A stretch of 64,000 nucleotides of DNA from Pseudomonadota bacterium (GTDB lineage: Bacteria > Pseudomonadota > Alphaproteobacteria > Sphingomonadales > Sphingomonadaceae), in contig JBKPOO010000027.1 of the NCBI GenBank assembly GCA_046733175.1, positions 2,583-66,582 on the forward strand. Direction: 5' to 3'. Below, in pieces: positions 42,970-51,957 of the stretch. Positions within the stretch are counted from its first letter, which is position 1, and each line of letters begins with the position of its first letter. The position numbers and the translations under genes were made by a program. The notes beneath the pieces are model-generated. The model saw only the letters and a program-made list of their open reading frames with translations, was not told where the DNA came from and made no database searches.

Positions 42970-43686
42970 CTACCCGCGCAACGAGGAGACCGGCTTGTTG
43001 CCGAAGCAATCTTCGCGGCGGATCGGCCAGTTCAGCTGCTCACCGGCCTGCGAGCGTTCCAGGACCCGGACCCATGTGAAGCCATGTTCGCCGGCCAGGC
43101 GCTGCACGAGCGCGCAGCGCCCGTACGGCAGGGCCGGTCCCGCATATTCGCCTTCGACAGTCGTTCCGTCAGCCCGCTGATGGATGAAATACCCGCGGTG
43201 GTATTTGCAGCTTCCGTGGCAGCGAAAGATTTCGAATGTGCGTTCGGTCGCAGAGGGGAGAGCTCCTCTGTAAGACATCGACGCTGCATAAACGTAGAAT
43301 ATGGCGCAGGCGACGGTCGCCAACACCGCCACTGCAATTCCGCCCTCCCTCAATGCTAGAAACTTGAGTGAGCGCGATCGAAGCTGCGATGCAGCAAGCA
43401 GGATTGCCGCTAGTCCCCACACGCAAAGCGGCCCGCTGAAATCCTGTGCAGAAGCCGCTGGAATGGTGGATTGCGTCACCCAGTACGCGGCGACGAGAGC
43501 CAACGGCGACAATAGCAGCAGCCCCGACAATCGCCACAGCCGGATCATTTCCTGGGGCAGGGCCGCCACCGCTTGACGAATTCGAAGCAGGCGTTGGTAA
43601 TCGGTCGTTACGCTCGACTGGCCCGCGACATAGGTCGGCTCAGGGATGTCACCCGTCCAGCTCGATGAATGGATTGGATCCGCCAC
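42970..43686 (-). CDS. hypothetical membrane protein with a Cys-containing C-terminal domain
   Basis: 238-aa ORF with about 3 TM segments followed by FRCHGSCKYHRGYF...GRCALV. No family recognised. It sits between tgt and queA. Confidence 0.55.
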   Translation of the reverse strand: MADPIHSSSWTGDIPEPTYVAGQSSVTTDYQRLLRIRQAVAALPQEMIRLWRLSGLLLLSPLALVAAYWVTQSTIPAASAQDFSGPLCVWGLAAILLAASQLRSRSLKFLALREGGIAVAVLATVACAIFYVYAASMSYRGALPSATERTFEIFRCHGSCKYHRGYFIHQRADGTTVEGEYAGPALPYGRCALVQRLAGEHGFTWVRVLERSQAGEQLNWPIRREDCFGNKPVSSLRG

Positions 43687-43720
43687 ACCTCTGCTCCCCA
43701 GGGCAGCTTATCAGCCCATT

Positions 43721-44749
43721 TTAGCCGGGCAACAGCAGGCTCGCGTCGCCGTAGGAATAGAAACGGTAACCGGCTTCGACCGCGTGCGCATATGCCGACT
43801 TCATAACGTCGAGGCCCATCAGCGCGCTGACCAGCATGAACAGGGTCGAGCGCGGCAAATGGAAATTGGTGATGAGCCCGTCGATCGCTTTGAAGCGGTA
43901 GCCGGGCGTGATGAAGATCGCGGTGTCGCCCTCGAACGGGAAGATCATGCCGGCGTCGTCCGCCGCGCTTTCGAGCAGGCGCAGGCTGGTGGTGCCGACC
44001 GCGATCAGCCGTCCGCCTGACGCACGTGCGGCGTTGAGGCGGGCCGCCGTCGCTTCGTCGATCCGCCCCCATTCGGCATGCATCTTATGGTCTTCGATCT
44101 TTTCCGATTTGACCGGAAGGAAAGTGCCGGCTCCGACATGGAGCGTCAGCGTCTCACAGCCGATACCGCGCCCGTTCAGCGCGTCGAGCAGCTGGGGGGT
44201 GAAATGCAGGGCCGCGGTCGGCGCCGCGACCGCACCCTCCTCGCGCGCGAACATCGTCTGATAGTCGGCGCGGTCTGCTACGTCCGCCGGCCGCTTGGAC
44301 GCGATGTACGGCGGAAGCGGCATCCGCCCGGTCCGTTCGAGCAGCAGTTCGACGGGTTCGCTACCGTGGAACTGGAGCCGCGCCGAGCCGTCGGCCGATT
44401 TCTCTACGACCGAGGCCTGAACGCCCTCACCGAAGTCGATCGTGTCACCCGCGCGGGCGCGCTTCGCGTTGCGCAAGAACGCCTGCCACTCCCGCGGACC
44501 TTCGCGCTTGTGCAGCGTGGCGCCGATGCTGGCCTCTCCGCGGCGACCCTCGAGCTGGGCGGGGATGACCTTGGTGTCATTGAATATGAGCACGTCGCCC
44601 GGCTGCAGCAACGCGGGAAGGTCCATCACCTGATGATCGGAGAACTCAAGTTCACGGACAGCCAGCAGCCGGGCGCTGTCGCGCGGCCTCGCCGGTCTCA
44701 GCGCAATGCGCTCAGCTGGAAGATCGAAATCGAAGAGGTCGAGGCGCAT
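43721..44749 (-). CDS. queA: S-adenosylmethionine:tRNA ribosyltransferase-isomerase
   Basis: C-terminal 342 codons of ORF 43721..45622(-) from ATG 44749. The sequence has [29 protein letters not shown]...[12 protein letters not shown]...FYSYGDA. Confidence 0.95.
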   Translation of the reverse strand: MRLDLFDFDLPAERIALRPARPRDSARLLAVRELEFSDHQVMDLPALLQPGDVLIFNDTKVIPAQLEGRRGEASIGATLHKREGPREWQAFLRNAKRARAGDTIDFGEGVQASVVEKSADGSARLQFHGSEPVELLLERTGRMPLPPYIASKRPADVADRADYQTMFAREEGAVAAPTAALHFTPQLLDALNGRGIGCETLTLHVGAGTFLPVKSEKIEDHKMHAEWGRIDEATAARLNAARASGGRLIAVGTTSLRLLESAADDAGMIFPFEGDTAIFITPGYRFKAIDGLITNFHLPRSTLFMLVSALMGLDVMKSAYAHAVEAGYRFYSYGDASLLLPG

Positions 44750-44751
44750 CC

Positions 44752-45192
44752 TCAGGTCAGCGGCCGCAGCGCGACCAGCGTCTTGAACCGCCGCACCGAG
44801 CCCTCGGCATTGATGTAGGTCGCGACGAAACGGTCGTAATGGGCCATGTCGTCGACGGAGAGCTTCAGCATCACGTCGGCCTCGCCGGTCACGTAATGGG
44901 CTTCGCGGACTTCGGACGCGGTGGCAATGGCCTTGGCAAACCGCCGGATCGTCTGGGCCGAATCGTCGGCAAGCTCGGCGAGAAGGTACACCGTCAGCGC
45001 GTCGTCGCGGTAGTCTGCAACCCGGGCGTGGGCACCAAGCAGGACGCCGCTGCCGATGAGCCGCTCCACCCGCCGCTGCACCGCGCTCGCTGACAGGTGG
45101 ACGCGCTCCGCGAGCGCGGCGTAGGTGAGCCAGGCATCGCTCCGCAGGAGGGCGAGGATCTGGCGGTCGCGGTCGTCGAGGCGCGGGTTCAC
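44752..45192 (-). CDS. Lrp/AsnC-family transcriptional regulator
   Basis: ORF 44752..45273(-). GTG 45192 is preferred ([42 protein letters not shown]); ATG 45243 is also possible. Confidence 0.8.
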   Translation of the reverse strand: MNPRLDDRDRQILALLRSDAWLTYAALAERVHLSASAVQRRVERLIGSGVLLGAHARVADYRDDALTVYLLAELADDSAQTIRRFAKAIATASEVREAHYVTGEADVMLKLSVDDMAHYDRFVATYINAEGSVRRFKTLVALRPLT

Positions 45193-45272
45193 GAGATGCC
45201 CTAACGCAGGAATCCTGCGCCTGCCATCCAAATAAACGCGCATCGTGCGCGAATCCGTTCCTATGAAAGGCA

Positions 45273-45938
45273 ATGGAACAAGCCGGCCAACCGCCCAAGG
45301 CGAGGCTGCTCAGCGCCGTCGAGTTCATGCTCGCGGCGGCGGTCGTCGTCGGGCACAACGTCTGGCGAGTCCTCCCCAACGAAGTCCCGATCCTCACCGT
45401 GGCGGCGCTCGTTTCCGTTCGGCTGCGCGAAGGCGGTTGGGCCGCGCTTGGCTTTCGCCGACCGAAATCGTGGATCCGCATGGTCCTGATCGCTCTGGGC
45501 GCGGCGGCGCTAAGGCTCGTCGTGTCGGATCCGATCGAAGCGGCGCTGACGCCGCTGTGGGGCGCTCCTGCCCTGCCCTCGGCAGTCACGGCCGGGCCGC
45601 ACGACCTCCGCTGGCTGATCATGACGCTGGGACTCGTGTGGACGTTCGCCGCGTTCGGCGAAGAGATCAGCTATCGCGGTTACCTGACGTTGCGCGCAGC
45701 GGATTCGCTCGGCGCCTCCAGAAGCGCCTGGGTGATTGCGACGATCGCAGCCGCAGTGCTGTTCGGCTTGGGTCATTATTACAAGGGCCCGGTCGGAATG
45801 GTCGATTCCGGAGTCGCCGGGCTGATCCTCGGCGGTGCTTACCTGCTTTCCGGTCGCTGCCTGTGGACCACGATCCTGGCGCACGGCTTGATCGACACCA
45901 CCGGCGTATTGCTTCTCTATTCAGGAATGGCGTCCTAG
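45273..45938 (+). CDS. CPBP-family intramembrane metalloprotease
   Basis: 221-aa ORF with motifs [16 protein letters not shown] and AHGLID. It is divergent from the Lrp gene. Confidence 0.75.
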   Translation: MEQAGQPPKARLLSAVEFMLAAAVVVGHNVWRVLPNEVPILTVAALVSVRLREGGWAALGFRRPKSWIRMVLIALGAAALRLVVSDPIEAALTPLWGAPALPSAVTAGPHDLRWLIMTLGLVWTFAAFGEEISYRGYLTLRAADSLGASRSAWVIATIAAAVLFGLGHYYKGPVGMVDSGVAGLILGGAYLLSGRCLWTTILAHGLIDTTGVLLLYSGMAS

Positions 45939-46537
45939 CTGCCGTTCGCGCGGGGCGCAGCCATGTCGCCCAGATAAGCGCGCACGATCTTTGTCGGCTC
46001 AGCCGGCGGCTCGCCGGGAGCGATCTTGTCGACGGCATCCATCCCTGAGGTCACCCGGCCCCACACGGTATATTTCTTCTCGAGCCCGATATTGGGATCG
46101 AACATGATGAAGAACTGGCTGTTCGCCGAGTCCGGGCTATCGGCGCGCGCAGCCGCCACCGTTCCACGGAAATAGGGCATGTTGGTGAATTCGGCCTTCA
46201 GGTCCGGCAGGCTGGATCCGCCGCTCCCGTCCCCTTTGGGATCGCCGCCCTGAGCCATGAAACCGGGGATGACGCGGTGAAAAGCCAGGCCGTTGTAAAA
46301 GCCCTGGCGCACAAGCGCCTGAATGCGTTCGACGTGGTGCGGAGCAAGATCGGGTCGCATTTGGATCACGACCTTGCCGCCCGTCGACAGCTCGAGCGTT
46401 AGCGTATTCGCTGGATTGGCCGCGACTTCAGCAGGAGCTGCAATGCTCGGAATCGCCGGCGGGACAATCGTTTCCGGCTTTTTCGCAGCCACTAGGGCGA
46501 GTGCCAGAAATGGAAGCGCAAACAAGGCTTTAGACAA
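45935..46537 (-). CDS. periplasmic cyclophilin-type peptidyl-prolyl isomerase
   Basis: 200-aa ORF with a signal peptide, then FHRVIPGFMAQGGDP...NSQFFI. Confidence 0.9.
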   Translation of the reverse strand: MSKALFALPFLALALVAAKKPETIVPPAIPSIAAPAEVAANPANTLTLELSTGGKVVIQMRPDLAPHHVERIQALVRQGFYNGLAFHRVIPGFMAQGGDPKGDGSGGSSLPDLKAEFTNMPYFRGTVAAARADSPDSANSQFFIMFDPNIGLEKKYTVWGRVTSGMDAVDKIAPGEPPAEPTKIVRAYLGDMAAPRANGS

Positions 46538-46592
46538 AGTATATTCCTCCCCGGAGCTGCCTCGCAGCCCTAATGCAGTCGCCCCTCTGACG

Positions 46593-47084
46593 CTAGCGTG
46601 AACCGCCGTTCAGGTGGCGGCGGACGTCCTCGGCCACCGCCGCCGTCACGAATTTGTCGATCGCCCCGCCGTAGCGGGCGATTTCCTTGACCAGCTTCGA
46701 CGCGATCGGCTGCAGCGACGCGTCGGCCATCAGGAAGACCGTTTCGATGTCATCGTTCAATTGCTGGTTCATGCCGGCCATCTGGAACTCATATTCGAAG
46801 TCGGCCACCGCCCTCAGCCCGCGAAGGATCGCGGTCGCACCCTGCTTCTCGGCAAACTCCATCAGCAGCGAGTCGAACTCGACGACCTCGATGTTGCCGG
46901 GCACGCCCTCGACCTCGCGCTTGACCATGTCCAGCCGCTCCGCGGTCGTGAACATTGGCTCTTTCGACGGATTGGTCGTCACACCGATGACGAGCTTGTC
47001 GACGAGGTGCGCGCCGCGGCGAATTATGTCGAGATGACCCAGAGTGATCGGGTCGAAGGTCCCCGGATAGACTGCGATCTTCAC
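46593..47084 (-). CDS. coaD: phosphopantetheine adenylyltransferase
   Basis: 163-aa ORF starting MKIAVYPGTFDPITLGHLDII, followed by ...RGLRAVADFEYE. Confidence 0.95.
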   Translation of the reverse strand: MKIAVYPGTFDPITLGHLDIIRRGAHLVDKLVIGVTTNPSKEPMFTTAERLDMVKREVEGVPGNIEVVEFDSLLMEFAEKQGATAILRGLRAVADFEYEFQMAGMNQQLNDDIETVFLMADASLQPIASKLVKEIARYGGAIDKFVTAAVAEDVRRHLNGGSR

Positions 47085-47099
47085 CCCCGCACTCCTCGC

Positions 47100-48014
47100 T
47101 TAATGATCCCGCTCGATAGCAAAGCGCGCGATCGCGCGCAGCAGGTCGGCTTCCTCGCCGTGGCCGGAAAGATGTTCGACCGCCTGGTTGACGAGGAAGC
47201 TCGCCTGTTGCCGCGCCCGTTCCTCGCCGAGAAGCGAGACGAAAGTCGCCTTGCCGGCATTGGCATCCTTGCGGGTCGGCTTGCCCGCAGCCTCGCTGTC
47301 CCCGCTGTGATCGATGAGGTCGTCGGCGATCTGGAACGCCAAACCGATGTTGCGGGCATAGCCGCGATAGGGCGTCCGCGCTTCCTGCGGCAGCTTGACG
47401 AGGATGCAGGCGGCCTCGACCGCATATTCGATCAGCGCTCCGGTCTTCAGTTGTTGCAGACGTGTGATCGCCGGGAGGTCGAGCTGCTCCCCCTCGGCCA
47501 CCAGGTCCATCATCTGGCCGCCCGCCATTCCGTTCGGACCTGCCGCCTTACCCAGTTCGAGGGCCAGTTCGCATCGCACGAACGGATCGTCGTGCGTCGC
47601 CGGATGAGCAAGGATCTCGAACGAGAGTGCATGCAGGCTGTCTCCGGCAAGCACGGCCACCGCTTCGCCGAAAGCCTTGTGAACGCTCGATTTCCCCCGC
47701 CGCATATCGGCGTCGTCCATGCAAGGAAGATCGTCGTGGATCAGCGAATAGACGTGGATCGCCTCGATGGCGCAGCCGACCCGAATCGCGCGTTCCCGGG
47801 AAATGGCGAACAGCTTCGATGCCGCCACGGTGAGCAATGGCCGAAGCCTTTTGCCGCCTCCGATCGCCGCATGACGCATGGCTTCGAAAAGGCGCTCGCG
47901 GCTGTCCCCGGTCGACGGCAGGAGGCGATTGAAGAAGTCGTCGACCTCGGAAGAGACCTGCGCCACCTCCGCGTCGATCAGTCCGGCGAGCCGGTCTACG
48001 GTCTCAACCGGCAT
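47100..48014 (-). CDS. ispA: polyprenyl (farnesyl/geranylgeranyl) diphosphate synthase
   Basis: 304-aa ORF with both DDxxD motifs (IHDDLPCMDDADMRRG and FQIADDLID). Confidence 0.9.
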   Translation of the reverse strand: MPVETVDRLAGLIDAEVAQVSSEVDDFFNRLLPSTGDSRERLFEAMRHAAIGGGKRLRPLLTVAASKLFAISRERAIRVGCAIEAIHVYSLIHDDLPCMDDADMRRGKSSVHKAFGEAVAVLAGDSLHALSFEILAHPATHDDPFVRCELALELGKAAGPNGMAGGQMMDLVAEGEQLDLPAITRLQQLKTGALIEYAVEAACILVKLPQEARTPYRGYARNIGLAFQIADDLIDHSGDSEAAGKPTRKDANAGKATFVSLLGEERARQQASFLVNQAVEHLSGHGEEADLLRAIARFAIERDH

Positions 48015-48249
48015 CGAACGGCTTGACGCCGGCAGGCTTGCCGTCGCTGCCGAACGCGATCTGCTCGATCCGCGCCTGGGCCTCCTTCAGGCGCGCCTCG
48101 CAGTGGCGCTTCAGCCGGTCGCCCTCCTGATAAAGTTCGATCGAACGGTCGAGCGGCGCCTCACCCTTTTCGAGGGTTCGGACGATCTCTTCGAGCCGGG
48201 CAAGAGCGGCCTCGAAACTCAGCTGGCTGACGTCGTCAACAGTGGCCAT
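48004..48249 (-). CDS. xseB: exodeoxyribonuclease VII small subunit
   Basis: 81-aa ORF with LSFEAALARLEEIVRTLEKGEAPLDRSIELYQEG. It overlaps the ispA start by 11 nt. Confidence 0.9.
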   Translation of the reverse strand: MATVDDVSQLSFEAALARLEEIVRTLEKGEAPLDRSIELYQEGDRLKRHCEARLKEAQARIEQIAFGSDGKPAGVKPFDAG

Positions 48250-48294
48250 GGGCGGCTTGTGACCCTCACAGGCCCGCGAATCAAGCAGCGGCGC

Positions 48295-48999
48295 TTATTC
48301 GACCGGCGTGTTCTTGAACGGGTCGCGAATGCCCGGGAAGACCTCGTCGCTGACTGCCCCGCCCTCGGCTTCGGCGAGCGCCGCTTCGGCGTCGCGCGCA
48401 TGCTGTTCCCGCTCGCGCCGAAGCTGTTCGATCAGCGCCTCGCGGTCGCTGTCGAGCCGCGTATCCGCAAATTCGGATTTGCCGGCGGACTTGGCCGCCT
48501 TCGCGACGGCTGCGTCGAGCTCGCGCTGGGTGGTCAGTCCAAGCGTGACCGGATCCTTGGGGGTGATGTTGGCCATGTTCCAGTGGGTGCGTTCGCGGAT
48601 CGCGGCGATGGTCGTCCGGGTGGTGCCGATCAGCTTGCTGATCTGCCCATCGCTGACCTCCGGATGATTCTTGATGATCCAGGCGATTCCATCGGGCTTG
48701 TCCTGCCGCTTGGAAACCGGCGTGTAGCGCGGGCCGCGGGTACGCCGAACCTGGTCAGGCACGCGATGCATCTGAAGACTATAGTCCGGATCCTTTTGGC
48801 CCTTTTCGATCTCCTCGTGGGTCAGCTCGCCAGCCCGGATCGGGTCGCGACCCGTGAGCTTCGTCGCCGCCGTGTCGTCGGCGATGGCCTGCACCTCGAG
48901 AATGTGCAGGCCGCAGAATTCAGCGATCTGCTCGAACGTAAGTGACGAATTGTCGACCAGCCACGCGGCGGTCGCATGAGGCATCAGGGGCTGGGCCAC
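48295..48999 (-). CDS. DUF1013-family protein (TrcR-like cell-cycle regulator family)
   Basis: 234-aa ORF with MAQPLMPHATAAWLVDNSSLTFEQIAEFCGLH...IAWIIKNHPEVSDGQISKLIGTT. Confidence 0.75.
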   Translation of the reverse strand: MAQPLMPHATAAWLVDNSSLTFEQIAEFCGLHILEVQAIADDTAATKLTGRDPIRAGELTHEEIEKGQKDPDYSLQMHRVPDQVRRTRGPRYTPVSKRQDKPDGIAWIIKNHPEVSDGQISKLIGTTRTTIAAIRERTHWNMANITPKDPVTLGLTTQRELDAAVAKAAKSAGKSEFADTRLDSDREALIEQLRREREQHARDAEAALAEAEGGAVSDEVFPGIRDPFKNTPVE

Positions 49000-49203
49000 T
49001 GTATTTCTCCGGCAAGTCCAAATGAATAGGGCCGCCCCTCACGGAGCGGCCAGCTTGGGCGGCGATGTAGCCGTCGGCCGCTCTTGGGGCAAGGCCGGTT
49101 GCGGCTCGGATCGGCCGCAATGCGGACCGGAAGAATTTGATATCGAGCCCGTCTCCAGTCGGACAATCGAATTCAGCTCGCTGATACAGAGAGGAAGGCT
49201 CGC

Positions 49204-49659
49204 ATGCGCAAGATCGTGATTTCACTCGTCGCCGCCTCGGTCGTTGCGCAGCCGCTCGAAGCAGCCGGTTGGCAGGATCAGGGATTCGAAGTGCGGCGAG
49301 GCGCGTTCATCGGCGCCCAGTTTCGGGTCTCGCTCGGCGGGGAAGCCCGCCCGAAAGCTCGGGCGCAATTGATGATCGCTCCGACTCAAAGCCTTGTTTC
49401 CAGCGACGGAAAGGTGCGGGCCGCTATCGGCCAAGGCTTCGGCTTCGGGGTCACCTCAGGCGAACGGCCAACGCTGACGCTTGCCGGTGTCCGCGCCGAT
49501 TTGGCCCTAAGACCGCAACGCGGGAATGCAGTCGATCCTGGGAAGAAAATGGGCATTTCCAAGGGAGTGGCCATTGGGCTCGGAGTGCTTGCCATCGCTG
49601 GCGGGGCATATTTCCTGTACCTGCTCAGCGAGGAGGAAAAGAACAGCAGTCAAGAATAG
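49204..49659 (+). CDS. hypothetical protein with a signal peptide and a C-terminal TM anchor
   Basis: 151-aa ORF with signal peptide MRKIVISLVAASVVAQPLEA/AG and a C-terminal TM segment GVAIGLGVLAIAGGAYFLYLL. Confidence 0.5.
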   Translation: MRKIVISLVAASVVAQPLEAAGWQDQGFEVRRGAFIGAQFRVSLGGEARPKARAQLMIAPTQSLVSSDGKVRAAIGQGFGFGVTSGERPTLTLAGVRADLALRPQRGNAVDPGKKMGISKGVAIGLGVLAIAGGAYFLYLLSEEEKNSSQE

Positions 49660-49671
49660 GGATCAGCCGGC

Positions 49672-50292
49672 TTACATGCTCATTGGAACGTAGCGCGGCT
49701 GTCCCTTCACCCGTTCTAGCCAATGCCCGATGCGCGGATAGAGGTGCATCTCGAAACCCGCTTCATGGGCGACTTGAGTGTAGGCGAACAGGCACACGTC
49801 AGCCAGGGTCATGTGGCCGGCGACGAACCAGTCCCGCGCCTCCAGATGCTTGTCCATCAGCTTGAGGGCGGCTTCGCCCGCCTCGCGCTTGGAGGGAATT
49901 TGGTGCTTCTGCGCCTCGGTCAAATTCTCGTGCCCGACCCAGTCCTTCCAGAAACGGAGGCTCGCGACGTTCGGCTCGTGATTATATTGCTCCCAGAACA
50001 TCCAGCGCAGCATGTCCGCGTGATCAAATCCTTCAGTCGGAATGAGCGTCGAGCCGTCGGCGATGAAATAACAGGCGGCATTGCTCTCCGGAATGAAGCG
50101 GTGATCCACCTGAAGCACCGGGATCCTGCCGTTCGGGTTGACCTCCATCAGGAATTGCGGCGTCCGAGTTTCACCTTTCATGATGTCATATTCGCGCCGC
50201 TCGAGGTGCTTGCCGACGATCGCCGCGGTCAAACGGACTTTGTAGCAATTCCCCGACGAGGCATATTCGTGGAGGATCAGTTTCTCGGTCAT
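49672..50292 (-). CDS. glutathione S-transferase
   Basis: ORF 49672..50460(-) trimmed to ATG 50292. The sequence has MTEKLILHEYASSGNCYKVRL...NPNGRIPVL...ESNAACYF. Confidence 0.8.
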   Translation of the reverse strand: MTEKLILHEYASSGNCYKVRLTAAIVGKHLERREYDIMKGETRTPQFLMEVNPNGRIPVLQVDHRFIPESNAACYFIADGSTLIPTEGFDHADMLRWMFWEQYNHEPNVASLRFWKDWVGHENLTEAQKHQIPSKREAGEAALKLMDKHLEARDWFVAGHMTLADVCLFAYTQVAHEAGFEMHLYPRIGHWLERVKGQPRYVPMSM

Positions 50293-50294
50293 AA

Positions 50295-50564
50295 GGGTCC
50301 AAACCTTCCACCAGCGAGAGCCGTGACATGGCTCCTGCCGGATGATCGGCGAGGAGAAGCGTGAAGGGCGGGCCAGTAGGCCCCCGTCCGAGGGCTTCGA
50401 CGACGATCCAGCGCCGGCGGGGCCATGCCCTCCGAGTGGGACGCAAAAGCGCCCTGGCACGCTCGCTCGTTCGCTAGATAGAGCTCACTATTCCGCCTCA
50501 CTCGCTCACTCCCAGAACACTTTTTCGTCGCCATCACGGCCTCGTTGGTGGAAGGTTTGGACCC
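50295..50564. repeat. 270-bp intergenic element closed by perfect 19-bp terminal inverted repeats (MITE-like or long-range RNA helix)
   Basis: GGGTCCAAACCTTCCACCA (50295-50313) is the exact reverse complement of TGGTGGAAGGTTTGGACCC (50546-50564). Pairing continues imperfectly inward (GCCGTGAcaTGGC with GCCAtCACGGC). The element spans the gap from the qor stop to 2 nt before the GST ATG. Confidence 0.7.
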
Positions 50565-51550
50565 TAGCTTCCACCCTCCACTTCGAGCACAATCTTTCCG
50601 ACATGCTCGCCGGCTTCCATTCGCGCGTGAGCTTCGGCCGCGCGCGAAAGCGGGAATGTGCTGTCGATTACCGGCTTCAGGCGGCCTCCTTCGACATAGG
50701 GCCAGACCGTCTTCGCAATCTCGTCCGCGACCATTGTCTTGAACTCGACCGAACGTGGACGCAGCGTCGAACCGGTTAACGTAAGCCGGCGCCGCATGAC
50801 GTCGGAAATGGACACTTCCGCCTTTGAGCCGCGCTGGAAGGCGATCGACACATGCCTTCCGTCCTCCGCCAGTGCCTGCAGGTTGCGCGGCACATAATCA
50901 CCGCCAACCATGTCGACCACCACCGCAACTCCAGCGCCCTCCGTCAGCCGCTGGGCGACCTCGACGAAGTCCTGCGTCTTGTAATTGACCGCCGCCTCGG
51001 CCCCGAGCTCGAGCGCTCGGGCGCATTTTTCGTCGCTGCCGCAGGTCACGATCACGTTCAGGCCGAACAATTTCCCCAGCGCGATCGCCATCGTCCCAAT
51101 GCCGCTCGTCCCGCCGTGAACCAGGACCCAGTCGCCATCCGCGGCGAACCCGCGCTCGAACAGATTCACCCAGACCGTGAACAGGGTCTCCGGCATCGCC
51201 GCGGCTTCGCTCAGCGAGATCGCGTCAGGCACGAAGAGGCAGGTGCCGATGGGAGCCGAGCAATATTCGGCATAGCCGCCGCCGGAAACCAAAGCGCAGA
51301 CATTCCGGCCGATAAGCTCCTCGGCGCCCTTACCCGCCTCGACGACCGTCCCCGCGAGCTCCAGCCCGAGGATGTCCGGAGCGCCCGGAGGAGGCGGGTA
51401 GAGTCCGCGCCGCTGCAGGATATCGGGGCGGTTGACCCCTGCGGCGGCGACCTTGATCAGGACTTCGTCCGTGCCGATGCGTGGCACGGGCCGCTCGACC
51501 AGCGCGAGTTCTTCAGCGCCGTCGGGCTGCGGAGCGACGACCGCCTTCAT
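50564..51550 (-). CDS. NAD(P)H:quinone oxidoreductase (MDR / zeta-crystallin family)
   Basis: ORF 50564..51574(-), with M9 (MKAVVAPQP...) as the likely start. The sequence has AAGVNRPDILQRRGLYPPPPG and HGGTSGIG. Confidence 0.85.
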   Translation of the reverse strand: MKAVVAPQPDGAEELALVERPVPRIGTDEVLIKVAAAGVNRPDILQRRGLYPPPPGAPDILGLELAGTVVEAGKGAEELIGRNVCALVSGGGYAEYCSAPIGTCLFVPDAISLSEAAAMPETLFTVWVNLFERGFAADGDWVLVHGGTSGIGTMAIALGKLFGLNVIVTCGSDEKCARALELGAEAAVNYKTQDFVEVAQRLTEGAGVAVVVDMVGGDYVPRNLQALAEDGRHVSIAFQRGSKAEVSISDVMRRRLTLTGSTLRPRSVEFKTMVADEIAKTVWPYVEGGRLKPVIDSTFPLSRAAEAHARMEAGEHVGKIVLEVEGGS

Positions 51551-51622
51551 CGACGAGGGAACCGAGCTGCCCACGAACCCGGCTTATTGACTTGGGGGCG
51601 CCAACGGTCAACGACTCCAGCC

Positions 51623-51823
51623 GTGGACCTGGAAGACCTTTTCCCGAGTAAGCCCGACGATCCCCTCGTCGCGCTCGGCAAGCAGGACCTCGACCCCATG
51701 TCGATCGCCGAGCTCCAGGAGCGCATTGAGATCCTCAAAGCCGAGATCGCGCGCGTCGAGGCGCACATGAAGCGCGCTCAAACGCACCGCTCGGCGGCGG
51801 AAGAGCTTTTCAAGAAGCCTTAG
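51623..51823 (+). CDS. DUF1192-family small protein
   Basis: Tail of ORF 50852..51823(+) from GTG 51623: VDLEDLFPSKPDDPLVALGKQDLDPMSIAELQERIEILKAEIARVEAHM... The rest of the ORF is antisense to qor. Confidence 0.6.
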   Translation: MDLEDLFPSKPDDPLVALGKQDLDPMSIAELQERIEILKAEIARVEAHMKRAQTHRSAAEELFKKP

Positions 51824-51957
51824 TTGTTCAGCGTTCGAACAGCTGGGGGCGATAAATTGGGGATAAGCGCGACGCACGCCCTTGATTGCCGTCTCCGCGC
51901 GTATGACATTGTTAACCATGTCCGCGTCATCTCTGCGGACCGGGAGTAAAGGATTAA

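Noticed and set aside
43721-45622. A 633-aa ORF suggesting a very long QueA. The same pattern appears in the N-terminal extensions of ORFs 761..1759, 2163..3518, 25409..27532, 36545..37891, 50852..51823, 12642..13541 and 49672..50460.
   Set aside because: The conserved protein begins at an internal start in each case. The upstream parts overlap neighbouring genes and are compositionally non-protein-like. All were trimmed.
51912-51919. TTAACCAT (a CtrA-type half-site) about 40 nt upstream of clpA, together with the absence of clpS upstream of clpA.
   Set aside because: A single 8-mer is expected by chance about twice in 128 kb searched. No full TTAA-N7-TTAA site was seen. clpS may simply be encoded elsewhere.
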